IMG/VR virus record: IMGVR_UViG_3300027813_002911
Coordinates: 1 to 63,496 of that record
Reading direction: 5' to 3' (one strand)
DNA from: a virus
Taxonomy: Duplodnaviria; Caudoviricetes
DNA length: 63,496 nt
The translations under genes were made by a program, and so were the position numbers. Numbering within the stretch: the stretch's first letter is position 1; each line of letters starts with the position of its first letter. Shown piece after piece: positions 9,534 to 18,487 of this stretch. Below the pieces are notes generated by a model. It ran no database searches and was not told the DNA's origin. It saw nothing but the letters and a program-made list of their open reading frames with translations.

Positions 9534-9925
9534 TATTCGCCTACTAGCTGACCTGTTAACCAAACTGATGTTGATGTGGCCACTACTCCATAAGTAAACC
9601 ATAACCATTTGTTCTCATGCCATTTAGGTTTGACAACTTTTACTTTCTCTTTATAAAGTTCAGTAGTTTCTTTTAATAAATCAATTTGATGTACTCTCGT
9701 TGAAATTATCAAAGAATCTAAAGTAGAATTTTCTTCTAACTTTTTAACTTGAAGTTCTAAATCTGAAATTAAACTTGTTTGTAAACTATCCGATACTTCG
9801 TATTGTTTAAGTTTATTTGCCCAATCTGTTACCTGTGATGCAGGTATGTTGTACATTTTTTCATCTTTAGTATCTTGTCCATAAAGAACTCCAACTAATA
9901 GTAATATGTATATAATATATCTCAT
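9533..9925 (-). CDS. Secreted or membrane coiled-coil protein (spanin-like candidate)
   Basis: N-terminal hydrophobic signal, central coiled coil, C-terminal Trp-rich hydrophobic segment. Confidence 0.5.
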   Translation of the reverse strand: MRYIIYILLLVGVLYGQDTKDEKMYNIPASQVTDWANKLKQYEVSDSLQTSLISDLELQVKKLEENSTLDSLIISTRVHQIDLLKETTELYKEKVKVVKPKWHENKWLWFTYGVVATSTSVWLTGQLVGE

Positions 9926-9929
9926 GTAT

Positions 9930-9937
9930 ATAAATAT
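9930..9937 (-). promoter_or_regulatory. ATATTTAT motif, putative late promoter element
   Basis: Intergenic, 4 nt before ATG 9925, no SD. Confidence 0.45.
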
Positions 9938-9940
9938 ATA

Positions 9941-10222
9941 CTACTTGGAAAATTTCTTCAAATATTTTAAAGCTTCGTCGCTGTCATCAAATTCAACAGC
10001 TTTCTTAGCTTCAACAATATGTTTCTTTGTAGTAGTTACCTTCCGTTTAAGTGTTGCCACTTCTTTTTTGTTAACTTTTTTCTTAGATTCAAGTACTGTA
10101 ACTTGTTTTTCAAGTTCTTTATTTTCAGTCTCTTTTACCTTTATTGCCTTGTCTAACTTTTTGACTTCTTCTTTTTTCTTTCCGCCAAAAAATAGTTCAA
10201 GAATCCAATCAATGATTCCCAT
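9941..10222 (-). CDS. Small Lys-rich coiled-coil protein with hydrophobic N-terminus
   Basis: MGIIDWILELFFGG followed by heptad-rich sequence. Confidence 0.6.
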   Translation of the reverse strand: MGIIDWILELFFGGKKKEEVKKLDKAIKVKETENKELEKQVTVLESKKKVNKKEVATLKRKVTTTKKHIVEAKKAVEFDDSDEALKYLKKFSK

Positions 10223-10478
10223 TGTGATCTCCCTTGTTTGGTAGTCTTATACCATATTCATTACAAATTTCTTCTAATGATAAATATCCAGTTTTATCAT
10301 GTTCTGTTAAATCCATCAACTTTTTTAAAATCTTTCTATATACTCTCGTTACTTCTTCAGTCTCACTATTATTAATTTTCATATGATACTCTGCAGCAAC
10401 ATTACCCAACTGAGCAACCATCCCCATTATCTCAATAACCAAATCCTCAGGTAGGATCAAGTTCCGTTGATTCTTCAT
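10209..10478 (-). CDS. Hypothetical protein
   Basis: 89-aa ORF in the operon. Confidence 0.6.
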   Translation of the reverse strand: MKNQRNLILPEDLVIEIMGMVAQLGNVAAEYHMKINNSETEEVTRVYRKILKKLMDLTEHDKTGYLSLEEICNEYGIRLPNKGDHNGNH

Positions 10479-11010
10479 CTATAGCCTCTTCTAATTTAGT
10501 TATATATGCTCGAGCCTCTTCAACAACTGCACTGAATTGGTCTTCTCCCATTTCCCACTTTTCTTTTTCAAGTTCAATATCGACTACACCTACACTATTG
10601 AAAAACTCTACCTTACCACCTGTATTTTCAAACTCATCAATACTCTGTTTTAAATCTTTTAAATATGATTTTTTATTCTCATTAATTTTCTTCTTAGCAT
10701 ATTCTTCATAATTCCCACTCATACGAAGTTTATTTTCCATCTCAACTTGACAATCAAAACAATGTCCAGCAATTCTCCAAAACTTATTATCAAGTTTTTT
10801 CTTCATTGTTTTTTTACAAGATGGACAAAACCAGGGCATCCTAATATCTTTCATAATATCTGTCATCTTACCTTGGCGAGTTTCCCCACCTTTATCTTCT
10901 ACCTTGCCCTCGTAACCTACTTGTACATAAGATTTTTTATGTTCCTTACCTGATAATAAATCTTTTAATACTTCATTCTGTCTTACTGCCTCTTTACTAT
11001 ATCCTGCCAT
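10447..11010 (-). CDS. Hypothetical zinc-binding protein
   Basis: CPSC...HCFDC Cys pairs; AGGAG SD. Confidence 0.65.
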   Translation of the reverse strand: MAGYSKEAVRQNEVLKDLLSGKEHKKSYVQVGYEGKVEDKGGETRQGKMTDIMKDIRMPWFCPSCKKTMKKKLDNKFWRIAGHCFDCQVEMENKLRMSGNYEEYAKKKINENKKSYLKDLKQSIDEFENTGGKVEFFNSVGVVDIELEKEKWEMGEDQFSAVVEEARAYITKLEEAIDEESTELDPT

Positions 11011-11018
11011 CGTAACTC

Positions 11019-14000
11019 CTATCCAAATTTCAAACTACCGAGTATCTGATTGATTGGAGCGAATGCGCCAGTAAATTTATATATCTTTCCTTTATACTTG
11101 AAAACGATACCTTCACTTGGAACTATCGCATCTAATCCACCGATTGCGTGTAGTTTCTCAATTTGTATTTTTAATTTCTTTAATTTATTTACATTACCAC
11201 CGCTCTGTAAATCCTTGAATGCCTTGATAACATCTTTTCTCAGTTTTTGTGTGGTAGCACTTGGTGAAGCTGCCATCCACCCACTTATATTTTTTAATAT
11301 TTCTGCACCAACACCAAAGAATAATATTTCAAATGGTTTTATATTTTGTTTAAAAATATTTTGGTGATCCATCTTATCCGTACTTAGTATCCAATCTAAA
11401 AATTTAGGACTATCTTTATAATCTTTTTTAATATCTCGTATCTTATATGACTTATCAAAAAACGCCCATCTATTAACCAAACTAACAAACTGATTTGGTT
11501 TTAAACTAACCTTAAATTGTTTAGATGCATTAAAAACATATTCTCTCCACCACGCTTCGTGATATTCACCCAACCTACTGTTATCTTTCAATGCATATTG
11601 TGATTGTAATTTCTTCAATTGTCCTAAAAATTTATTTTTCATCTTACCAAAATTTTGATGTTTGGGTACAGTAAGAAAATTTGGTTTTCCTATTCTAAAC
11701 ATTGATTGTATATGTTGATTCATTTGTTTAATCATACCTTGTAACATTCTAGCACTATCTTTTGGTTGTCCAATGGGTTTTCCACTTTCATCATATTCTA
11801 ATGTACCATGAAATACTATTTCTGCAATATCATAATCAACTACATTTGCTGTTGCTGGATACATAACCTCTAAGTTCATCCACCTTTTACCATTTCCAAA
11901 AACTTTATCTTTTTGTTTATCATTTAAACTTCCAATGGCTTTTTCTAAATTTTTCATCGCACCTACAAAAGCCTTTTCAATCTCACCTCTACCACTAAAC
12001 ATAGATTTTATTCCACTCGTGGTTGGTGCAGTTTTACCATGATTTTTTAAATGCCCTTTGTTACGAGCTGCTCTTAACTTACCATCAACCCAACTAACCA
12101 TTAAGTTTTGTCCATCAAGTTTTTCTGTAACTCCATCTTCTCTATCCAGTGTTCCACCTAACCCATTAATAACTATCTGTTTCAAGTCTGAAAATGTAAG
12201 ATTATTATCATCGAATGGATGACTCATATGTCCGTAGGCTCCGCCCATAAGTAGTAACTCCTTTGTATCGTTTGTTATATCTATTTGATCTTGTAAATTT
12301 TTAATTTTTTTCACACCTTTTTTGGTATCTTTCATATCAAAGGTATGTGAATCTTTCATCTTATTGTGTTTATTATTACCAAAGAATTTAATTATTTCCC
12401 AACCCATTTTATCTGCCATTTGTTGCATGTGTTTTTTATACTTTGGAAATGGGTTACTCACACTATCAGTATTTTTTGTATCTTGGTTTATTGTTTTTCC
12501 AAAAGTTACAGTATCCACCCTATCTTGTACATATTGAAATTCATAAGCTGGGTCGGTTGCTCTATTATAATTTACAATATCACCAATTACTTCCCATCCT
12601 AAAATTTCTGCATGTTTTGGTGATACTCTTTTATAATCATCAAATGAATTAAAGAAATCATATAATCCCTCATCATCTAATATACCCGCATCAAAGTGAG
12701 CTCCAAGTGCACTTACTTCTTTTATTATATCTTTTACTGATGGTTTATTATAAAATTCAAATAACTTTTTGAATTTATTATTCATCATTTGGTATACACC
12801 TTTGTTATAATATCCAAATAACTTTTTAAATACTTTTGGTCGTGTCTTATCATCAAGTTTTGGACTACCTAAAATATTTCTCATGGAAGTACCTGAAACC
12901 TCTTTCCCACCTATGCTCATACTAATATGTGGGGCAACTAAATAATAACCATGTTCCTCATGCCCTTTTAGATTTCGTATATTCTTTTTATAATCTTGAA
13001 AATAAGTTAAACCACCATCAGTTTTCTTCCCACCCTTTAATCTACCTGCATCTTTCTTACCAAAAATATAAACTACGGCAGTCGTTTTTGGGTCATACTT
13101 TTTAAGTATAGTTTTTGCAACCAATGGGATTTTCTCAAAAACAATTTTGTTTTTTGGTACTCCCATCATTGCCATGTGTCTTGCCTTTTCCGCAAAATTC
13201 ATTGGGTGTCGTGGTAACTTTTTTATGTTAGATGTTGCAATATACGCATCATCCACTTTGGATTGTAACCACTTAAAGGTTTTCAAATGGTGTGGCCCAA
13301 ACGGTTGAAACCGTCCACCATAAATACCCACTACCTTTTTAATCTTTTGTTCGGAAATGTTCGTAGTATCCCAATCTTCCATACTGGAATATACAACATT
13401 TTCCATATATAAGTCAAGCGTTTTCTCAAGTATTTTACCATCACTTATACCTCTACCACCTTTATCAAATGTGGTGAACTTCTGTAACTTACCAAATGCT
13501 TTATCTTTCCTCATCTTGTCTTGTTTGTGCCATCTCATCTTATCAAATACTTTCATTCTCATATGATTCTTTACTATGTAATGGATATCATCAACATCAC
13601 CACCCAATGATTGTATCCACTTCTTGTGTTTCAATACAAGTTCGGCGGAAACTTTCTCGTGTCCATAATGTGTCCAAAAACCTTTCTTTGGATGTATCTT
13701 TGCGGTTGAATCTTTTCCTATATCGTGAAACAATGCTGATAAAGCAAAATCTATATCACCAGTTTTTAATGCTCTATTAGTTACAGCAATGGTATGTTTT
13801 AAAACATTACCCTCTGGATGAGCATCTCTTCGTTGGTCAAAGTTTTTAAGGTTCATAACTCGTTTTTTTAAATCACTTGGAATAGCGTTATAAATATCTC
13901 TGAATGTTTTAGGTTTCTTACGAACTGCTATTTCATCTACCTTTTTATACCCACTCATTCTATCAGTTTTGTTTTTATTAATACCTTTTCTACTTGGTGA

Positions 14001-15515
14001 TGGAATTGCAAACTCATTTTTCATTTTAAGTTTCTTTCTCAACTTATCAATTTCCTTACTAATTTTTTTTTGAGCTGGACTGCCTGGCATCATTTTCATG
14101 GCCTGGGTATAAAGTTTATACAACTTTGCCTTATCGGTACTTTCACCTAAAAACTTTTTCTTTTCCATATCTTTCATCTTATCACCAATAGCTTTTCCTT
14201 TTAGCCCAACTATATCACTACCCTTTACACTTAACTTAAATGTAGATAGTTTTTTTAAATCTTTACCAACTAACGTACCATACTCTTGAATTTGATTTGA
14301 TGTCAATGTGGTTTTCAGTTGTGCTTTTTTAACTATATAAATATTTTCTGGTTTAAAGTTATTCAGATAAACTAAGAACTGAATGTTATTACTTTCCTTA
14401 GCACTATACTTTAATGAATTTAAAGTTTTACCTAACTTAGTTACATCATTCTTTCTTAAAATTGTTGAAATAAATAAAATATAATCCTTGACATTTGGAT
14501 AAGGTTTTGTTATATTTAACTTGGGGAATATTTGTTTTGTAAAACTAAACTTATCACATGCTTCCATAAATTGTTTTGATGATTTTCCCTTTTGTAATCC
14601 CTTTACAAACTCTTCTTTGATTCTCTCACCACTCACACCATTTAATTTTGGATTATCTAATAATGCTTGTTCAGTATCTTTATCCATTTTCCCACCAATA
14701 ACAGCTTGAAATCTCAATGCTCGTAACTTTCTTAATGGGTCCTCATCAAATCTTCTTTTTGGATTACCGACAGTCCTTACTAATTTATTTTTTAAATCTT
14801 TTAATCCACCTGTTAAATCAACTACTTCATTTCTTCCAATATCATAAAACATAGCATTGATAGTTAAATCTCTTCGTTTAACATCCCCTTGTATATCAGA
14901 AAAATCTACTGCATCTGGTCTACGACCTTTACCAATATCTTTTCTGAATGTAGCAATTTCGTGGCCGCCCACAATCACTACTCCAAATGATTTACCAACC
15001 TCGACTGTTTTAAATCCACCTTGTTTTGCAATTGCTAATACTTCGTCTGGTTTTGCATCAGTTGCTAAATCAAAATCTTTTGGTTTCTTACCAAGTATTG
15101 CATCTCTTACTGCACCACCCACAAGGTATAATTCTTTTTTATTTTTCTTAAATAATCTATACAACCCTTTAATATCACCTGGAACATTAATCTCTATTTT
15201 GTTTTCGTTTACACTTTCTTTTTTATTAGCTCTAATACCTTTAAACTCTGCACCTCGCATGTCGGGGTCTGGGTTGGTAGAACCTTTATCGGTAGTTTTT
15301 ATCGGTAATAATTTTTTACTATCTTGTTTTGCAAGTCTAAATTTTAACGCAGGTCTTTTATTGATAAGTAAATCACCCTTTTCATTATAGGTAATTGACT
15401 TAACAACTACCTTCTTGTTCTTAAATCTACCCATCAAGACAACATCACCAACTTTAACTGGTAGTTCTATTTCTTTGATAAGTGGTTTAGTTAACCATTC
15501 TGTAAGTTTATTCAT
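11019..15515 (-). CDS. 1498-aa multi-enzyme: class II CCA-adding/poly(A) polymerase domain, HD phosphohydrolase, HIGH-type nucleotidyltransferase, unknown domain, ligase-like (KxDG) domain
   Basis: LVGGAVRD...DFDLATD, RRDLTINAM, EDPLRKLRALRF; HPEGNVLKHT...HDIGK...GHE; GGRFQPFGPHH...SGTSMR; TEKLDG...EGIVFK...K. Start moved to ATG 15515, after the upstream stop at 15520. Confidence 0.85.
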   Translation of the reverse strand: MNKLTEWLTKPLIKEIELPVKVGDVVLMGRFKNKKVVVKSITYNEKGDLLINKRPALKFRLAKQDSKKLLPIKTTDKGSTNPDPDMRGAEFKGIRANKKESVNENKIEINVPGDIKGLYRLFKKNKKELYLVGGAVRDAILGKKPKDFDLATDAKPDEVLAIAKQGGFKTVEVGKSFGVVIVGGHEIATFRKDIGKGRRPDAVDFSDIQGDVKRRDLTINAMFYDIGRNEVVDLTGGLKDLKNKLVRTVGNPKRRFDEDPLRKLRALRFQAVIGGKMDKDTEQALLDNPKLNGVSGERIKEEFVKGLQKGKSSKQFMEACDKFSFTKQIFPKLNITKPYPNVKDYILFISTILRKNDVTKLGKTLNSLKYSAKESNNIQFLVYLNNFKPENIYIVKKAQLKTTLTSNQIQEYGTLVGKDLKKLSTFKLSVKGSDIVGLKGKAIGDKMKDMEKKKFLGESTDKAKLYKLYTQAMKMMPGSPAQKKISKEIDKLRKKLKMKNEFAIPSPSRKGINKNKTDRMSGYKKVDEIAVRKKPKTFRDIYNAIPSDLKKRVMNLKNFDQRRDAHPEGNVLKHTIAVTNRALKTGDIDFALSALFHDIGKDSTAKIHPKKGFWTHYGHEKVSAELVLKHKKWIQSLGGDVDDIHYIVKNHMRMKVFDKMRWHKQDKMRKDKAFGKLQKFTTFDKGGRGISDGKILEKTLDLYMENVVYSSMEDWDTTNISEQKIKKVVGIYGGRFQPFGPHHLKTFKWLQSKVDDAYIATSNIKKLPRHPMNFAEKARHMAMMGVPKNKIVFEKIPLVAKTILKKYDPKTTAVVYIFGKKDAGRLKGGKKTDGGLTYFQDYKKNIRNLKGHEEHGYYLVAPHISMSIGGKEVSGTSMRNILGSPKLDDKTRPKVFKKLFGYYNKGVYQMMNNKFKKLFEFYNKPSVKDIIKEVSALGAHFDAGILDDEGLYDFFNSFDDYKRVSPKHAEILGWEVIGDIVNYNRATDPAYEFQYVQDRVDTVTFGKTINQDTKNTDSVSNPFPKYKKHMQQMADKMGWEIIKFFGNNKHNKMKDSHTFDMKDTKKGVKKIKNLQDQIDITNDTKELLLMGGAYGHMSHPFDDNNLTFSDLKQIVINGLGGTLDREDGVTEKLDGQNLMVSWVDGKLRAARNKGHLKNHGKTAPTTSGIKSMFSGRGEIEKAFVGAMKNLEKAIGSLNDKQKDKVFGNGKRWMNLEVMYPATANVVDYDIAEIVFHGTLEYDESGKPIGQPKDSARMLQGMIKQMNQHIQSMFRIGKPNFLTVPKHQNFGKMKNKFLGQLKKLQSQYALKDNSRLGEYHEAWWREYVFNASKQFKVSLKPNQFVSLVNRWAFFDKSYKIRDIKKDYKDSPKFLDWILSTDKMDHQNIFKQNIKPFEILFFGVGAEILKNISGWMAASPSATTQKLRKDVIKAFKDLQSGGNVNKLKKLKIQIEKLHAIGGLDAIVPSEGIVFKYKGKIYKFTGAFAPINQILGSLKFG

Positions 15516-15519
15516 TTTT

Positions 15520-16053
15520 TTACCATTTACGACACGACCAATATCTTGCTTTATGTTTTGGGCCTGGATTATCACAATTATGTCTTGCTCTAAAAGATTT
15601 ACGAGCTGATGGATTATCTTTACGAATCCTCATTGTTCCACCCTTAGCATCTCCACCTTGACCAAAGTTAACCTTAACTACATTACCCTTATCATTTTTT
15701 ACATATACTTTGAATTTTTTAGCATCACCTTGCATTGGTTTACCAAGTTTAACTTTTCTACCTTGATATTCTGCTTCTTTTAAATCTTTATCTGTATCAA
15801 CTTCTATTGTGTATCCACAACTTTCATTTTGATTTTCCCAATAAATATCAAAAACTTCTTTTACACAATTAGGAACTTTCTTATCACCCTTATCTTTCAT
15901 GCCAAGTTGTTTATATCCTACCCAACAAGTTCCTCTGGCTTCATTTACTGCTTCATTGGATATTAATTTTACCATATTCTTTTCCCTTGATGATAATCTA
16001 TCTTTTTTCTTTCCGATTTCTCTCGGTTCATCTATGTGAAATGTTGCCATCAT
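15520..16053 (-). CDS. Modular protein: CWxGYxxxGMK...VPNCV module plus a basic C-terminal domain (RKSFRARHNC...YWSC)
   Basis: Motifs recalled from hypothetical proteins of T4-like phages; EAVNE, VKE and LKE linkers. Confidence 0.65.
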   Translation of the reverse strand: MMATFHIDEPREIGKKKDRLSSREKNMVKLISNEAVNEARGTCWVGYKQLGMKDKGDKKVPNCVKEVFDIYWENQNESCGYTIEVDTDKDLKEAEYQGRKVKLGKPMQGDAKKFKVYVKNDKGNVVKVNFGQGGDAKGGTMRIRKDNPSARKSFRARHNCDNPGPKHKARYWSCRKW

Positions 16054-16406
16054 ATTTCTCCGTAATCAAACCCATCCGTTGAATAATCTTTATCACCATA
16101 TTTATCCCAACTGCCTACCGCAGCTTGAAATCCCTCATACTTTTCACCAGTATTTATAATTCTTTTAATTACCTGTACTTGTAATGTTTTCTTATCTCTC
16201 TTCCCACCATATGGGTCATCTGCTTTTGGAAAATCTAATTGTGCGTATCCACCCTTATCATACCAAGGCTCTGGTTTACTACTATCAACACCCAATATTC
16301 TTGATTGTCCTGCAGGTGAAAACCCTGTATCTGGTTCACCAGCATCTGCAGAATGGTGATTACCATTAGCACTTATTTCTTTTACTATATCCATTAACTT
16401 AATCAT
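16050..16406 (-). CDS. Hypothetical protein with MIKLMDIVKE leader
   Basis: 118-aa ORF, shared leader. Confidence 0.7.
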   Translation of the reverse strand: MIKLMDIVKEISANGNHHSADAGEPDTGFSPAGQSRILGVDSSKPEPWYDKGGYAQLDFPKADDPYGGKRDKKTLQVQVIKRIINTGEKYEGFQAAVGSWDKYGDKDYSTDGFDYGEI

Positions 16407-16409
16407 AAT

Positions 16410-16730
16410 TTATCTCGGTGCGTTGGAATCCCAAGGCCCCCAATGGCCTAATTTTACCATTTTATTTGCTGCTTCTTTTCCTGTATAAGAATGAACCTTA
16501 TATCCTTTAACAGGTATTCCACCTAATTCATAATATTTCTTTTTTGATAATGCTATTTTCTTACCATTTGAAAAGTCCATTACTAAACTATTACTTTTTT
16601 CTACCCAACAATGTCCAAATGGTTTATTGTCTGTTGCTAATATTGCAACTCCATGACATAGTTTAAATGATTTATCATTCATTTTAGTAATGATAAAATT
16701 ACCATTTGCTTGATAACAATCTCCAGCCAT
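16410..16730 (-). CDS. Small transglutaminase/papain-like fold protein
   Basis: GDCY...GHCWVE...MD gives a candidate Cys-His-Asp triad. Confidence 0.5.
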   Translation of the reverse strand: MAGDCYQANGNFIITKMNDKSFKLCHGVAILATDNKPFGHCWVEKSNSLVMDFSNGKKIALSKKKYYELGGIPVKGYKVHSYTGKEAANKMVKLGHWGPWDSNAPR

Positions 16731-17212
16731 TAGACTGATAATGCTCTACGATACCAACCGAATAAAAACCTTTCTTGTTCTGGTTTTTTATTTACTAAAT
16801 CATAGTAATGTTTTAATCTGTAACAACGAACCCTGTCGAGTGATGGTTTGTATGTTTCAACCGCACCTCTTGTTCCAGGTCCGAATCCACCATCAATAGC
16901 TAAATCTGCACCCTTTGCGTTACACGCTCGTTGTAAAATTTTTACTGCAGTTCCCCTACCTTGATTCACACACATATCAAAAAAGATATGTTTTAAATCA
17001 TCTGTTAGGTAACCTACTTTATTCTTATCCCAGTAATCTTGTTTATAGATTTCTTTAGCACCTTCTTTTGTAAGGTTTTTTATATCTACATCTGGATAAA
17101 ATCTTTTTGTTATACCGAAGTTAGTTTCCCCGCCCAAGTCTGTTGGGTCGTGGACGTAACCACCTTCGTGGTGTAGTGTTACTTCTATTATCTCGTTAAA
17201 TGTAATTAACAT
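16730..17212 (-). CDS. GH108 muramidase with C-terminal peptidoglycan-binding domain
   Basis: HEGGYVHDPTDLGGETNFGIT, DGGFGPGT, FLFGWYRR; start moved to ATG 17212 (AGGAG SD). Confidence 0.9.
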   Translation of the reverse strand: MLITFNEIIEVTLHHEGGYVHDPTDLGGETNFGITKRFYPDVDIKNLTKEGAKEIYKQDYWDKNKVGYLTDDLKHIFFDMCVNQGRGTAVKILQRACNAKGADLAIDGGFGPGTRGAVETYKPSLDRVRCYRLKHYYDLVNKKPEQERFLFGWYRRALSV

Positions 17213-17213
17213 T

Positions 17214-17954
17214 TTATTTTCTCCTAAGTAATTTCTGTTTACCAACCCATAGCTTTCCGAGTTTGTTTTTGATGGGTTGCCCCACAAATTTTCTAACAAC
17301 TTTAGTAACCAATGGAACAAATTTTGCCTCCGCTTCTTCATCGGATAGATGTTTTGAATTATCAACTATCACGAAATTGTTTTTAAATAATGATTGAAAA
17401 GAACCAAGATTCTGTTGTACATCTTCCCAAGATTTTTTTAATAATTTTGGTGGTAAAATTCTATCTCGTTCTTGATTTCTTTGTTGTGCAACCTCTAATG
17501 ATGTGTTCACCATTACCATATATGTATCATATCCATCTGCTTCTAACTCAGATTTCATTGTTTGTATCTTACCAAAATCGTGTCCTGTGCCATCAATAAT
17601 CATACCCAATTTTCCTTGTCGATATAATCTCATTCTCTCTTTAGTAAGTGATTTTCCAAATTTTCGTAGTCCACTTGAATCTGGTAAACTATCATCTGTT
17701 AAATTTTTAAATACTTCATCAGGCATTTTATCTAAATCAGTACCAAAGTGGAATTTCTTTAATAAAAATTTCAATTCTTTATCTGAATTAACCATCTTCA
17801 TACCACTCATACTGATATTGAACTTGTCTGGAATACCAAATATCTGTTTAGCTGCATAAGTTTTACCACTTCCAGGTCCACCTGCAAGGAATACTGCTTT
17901 GAATATACCTTTATCTTGTACACCCTCGTTTAATAAATCCATTAATTTAATCAT
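17214..17954 (-). CDS. P-loop kinase (zeta/AAA_33/PNK-like) with MIKLMDLLNE leader
   Basis: AGGPGSGKT, VNSD, MIIDGTG, RNQERDR lid; start moved to ATG 17954 (GGAG SD). Confidence 0.8.
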   Translation of the reverse strand: MIKLMDLLNEGVQDKGIFKAVFLAGGPGSGKTYAAKQIFGIPDKFNISMSGMKMVNSDKELKFLLKKFHFGTDLDKMPDEVFKNLTDDSLPDSSGLRKFGKSLTKERMRLYRQGKLGMIIDGTGHDFGKIQTMKSELEADGYDTYMVMVNTSLEVAQQRNQERDRILPPKLLKKSWEDVQQNLGSFQSLFKNNFVIVDNSKHLSDEEAEAKFVPLVTKVVRKFVGQPIKNKLGKLWVGKQKLLRRK

Positions 17955-17987
17955 CAAAAACTCCAATATGTGTATAATCTTACACTT

Positions 17988-17995
17988 ATAAATAT
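17988..17995 (-). promoter_or_regulatory. ATATTTAT motif, putative late promoter element
   Basis: Intergenic, upstream of the kinase/muramidase/multi-enzyme block. Confidence 0.5.
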
Positions 17996-17999
17996 AAAA

Positions 18000-18389
18000 C
18001 TACCAAGTTTTAGTACGTAATCTCCTACGACCTTCTAACCCGGTTTTCCAACAAAATCCGTGTGGTCTTGATAATTTATTTCTATAAAATGGAATTATAG
18101 TATAACCCAAATAATAGTATGCGTGAAACCTATGCCACCCATCCATTATCTGATTTTTACTATTTAAATAAATTGGTAAGTCAATACCTTGTTTAATTAA
18201 TTTCTGAAAGTATAAAAATAAAGCTTTGTTTGTATTCTCACCTACACACTTACAAACTGGTCCTTCATGTTTTGTTCGTGGTCTATCCCAATATTCTAAT
18301 GGATGTACCACTTCAATATTAACTTTATCCAACCCTATATAATGTGATGTTGGTGGATATAAAACTTCAAAGAACTCCTTTTCGTTCAT
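18000..18389 (-). CDS. ParB/Srx-like domain protein
   Basis: LPIYL...IMDGWHRFHA. Confidence 0.6.
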   Translation of the reverse strand: MNEKEFFEVLYPPTSHYIGLDKVNIEVVHPLEYWDRPRTKHEGPVCKCVGENTNKALFLYFQKLIKQGIDLPIYLNSKNQIMDGWHRFHAYYYLGYTIIPFYRNKLSRPHGFCWKTGLEGRRRLRTKTW

Positions 18390-18487
18390 TTATAAATAAA
18401 CGGGTCGCGTTTTTTTATTTCTTTTAACTTTTTACGAAACTTAATCTCAGTAATGAGTTTGTTCCATAGTCGTTTAAAAAATCTCAT
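18386..18487 (-). CDS. 33-aa basic micro-protein MRFFKRLWNKLITEIKFRKKLKEIKKRDPFIYK
   Basis: Not in the ORF track. GGAG SD at 18493-18496, fills the gap between genes, ATGA overlap with the next gene. Confidence 0.65.
   Translation of the reverse strand: MRFFKRLWNKLITEIKFRKKLKEIKKRDPFIYK

Noticed and set aside
7959-17966. Long gene overlaps implied by track starts at 9608, 15575, 17365 and 17966
   Set aside because: Downstream ATGs (9533, 15515, 17212, 17954) fit better: they have an SD or stop-start coupling, or begin just after the upstream stop, and they remove the overlaps.
18391-18399. TATAAATA-like sequence as another promoter copy
   Set aside because: It lies in the PFIYK codons of the 33-aa ORF and does not match the full octamer.
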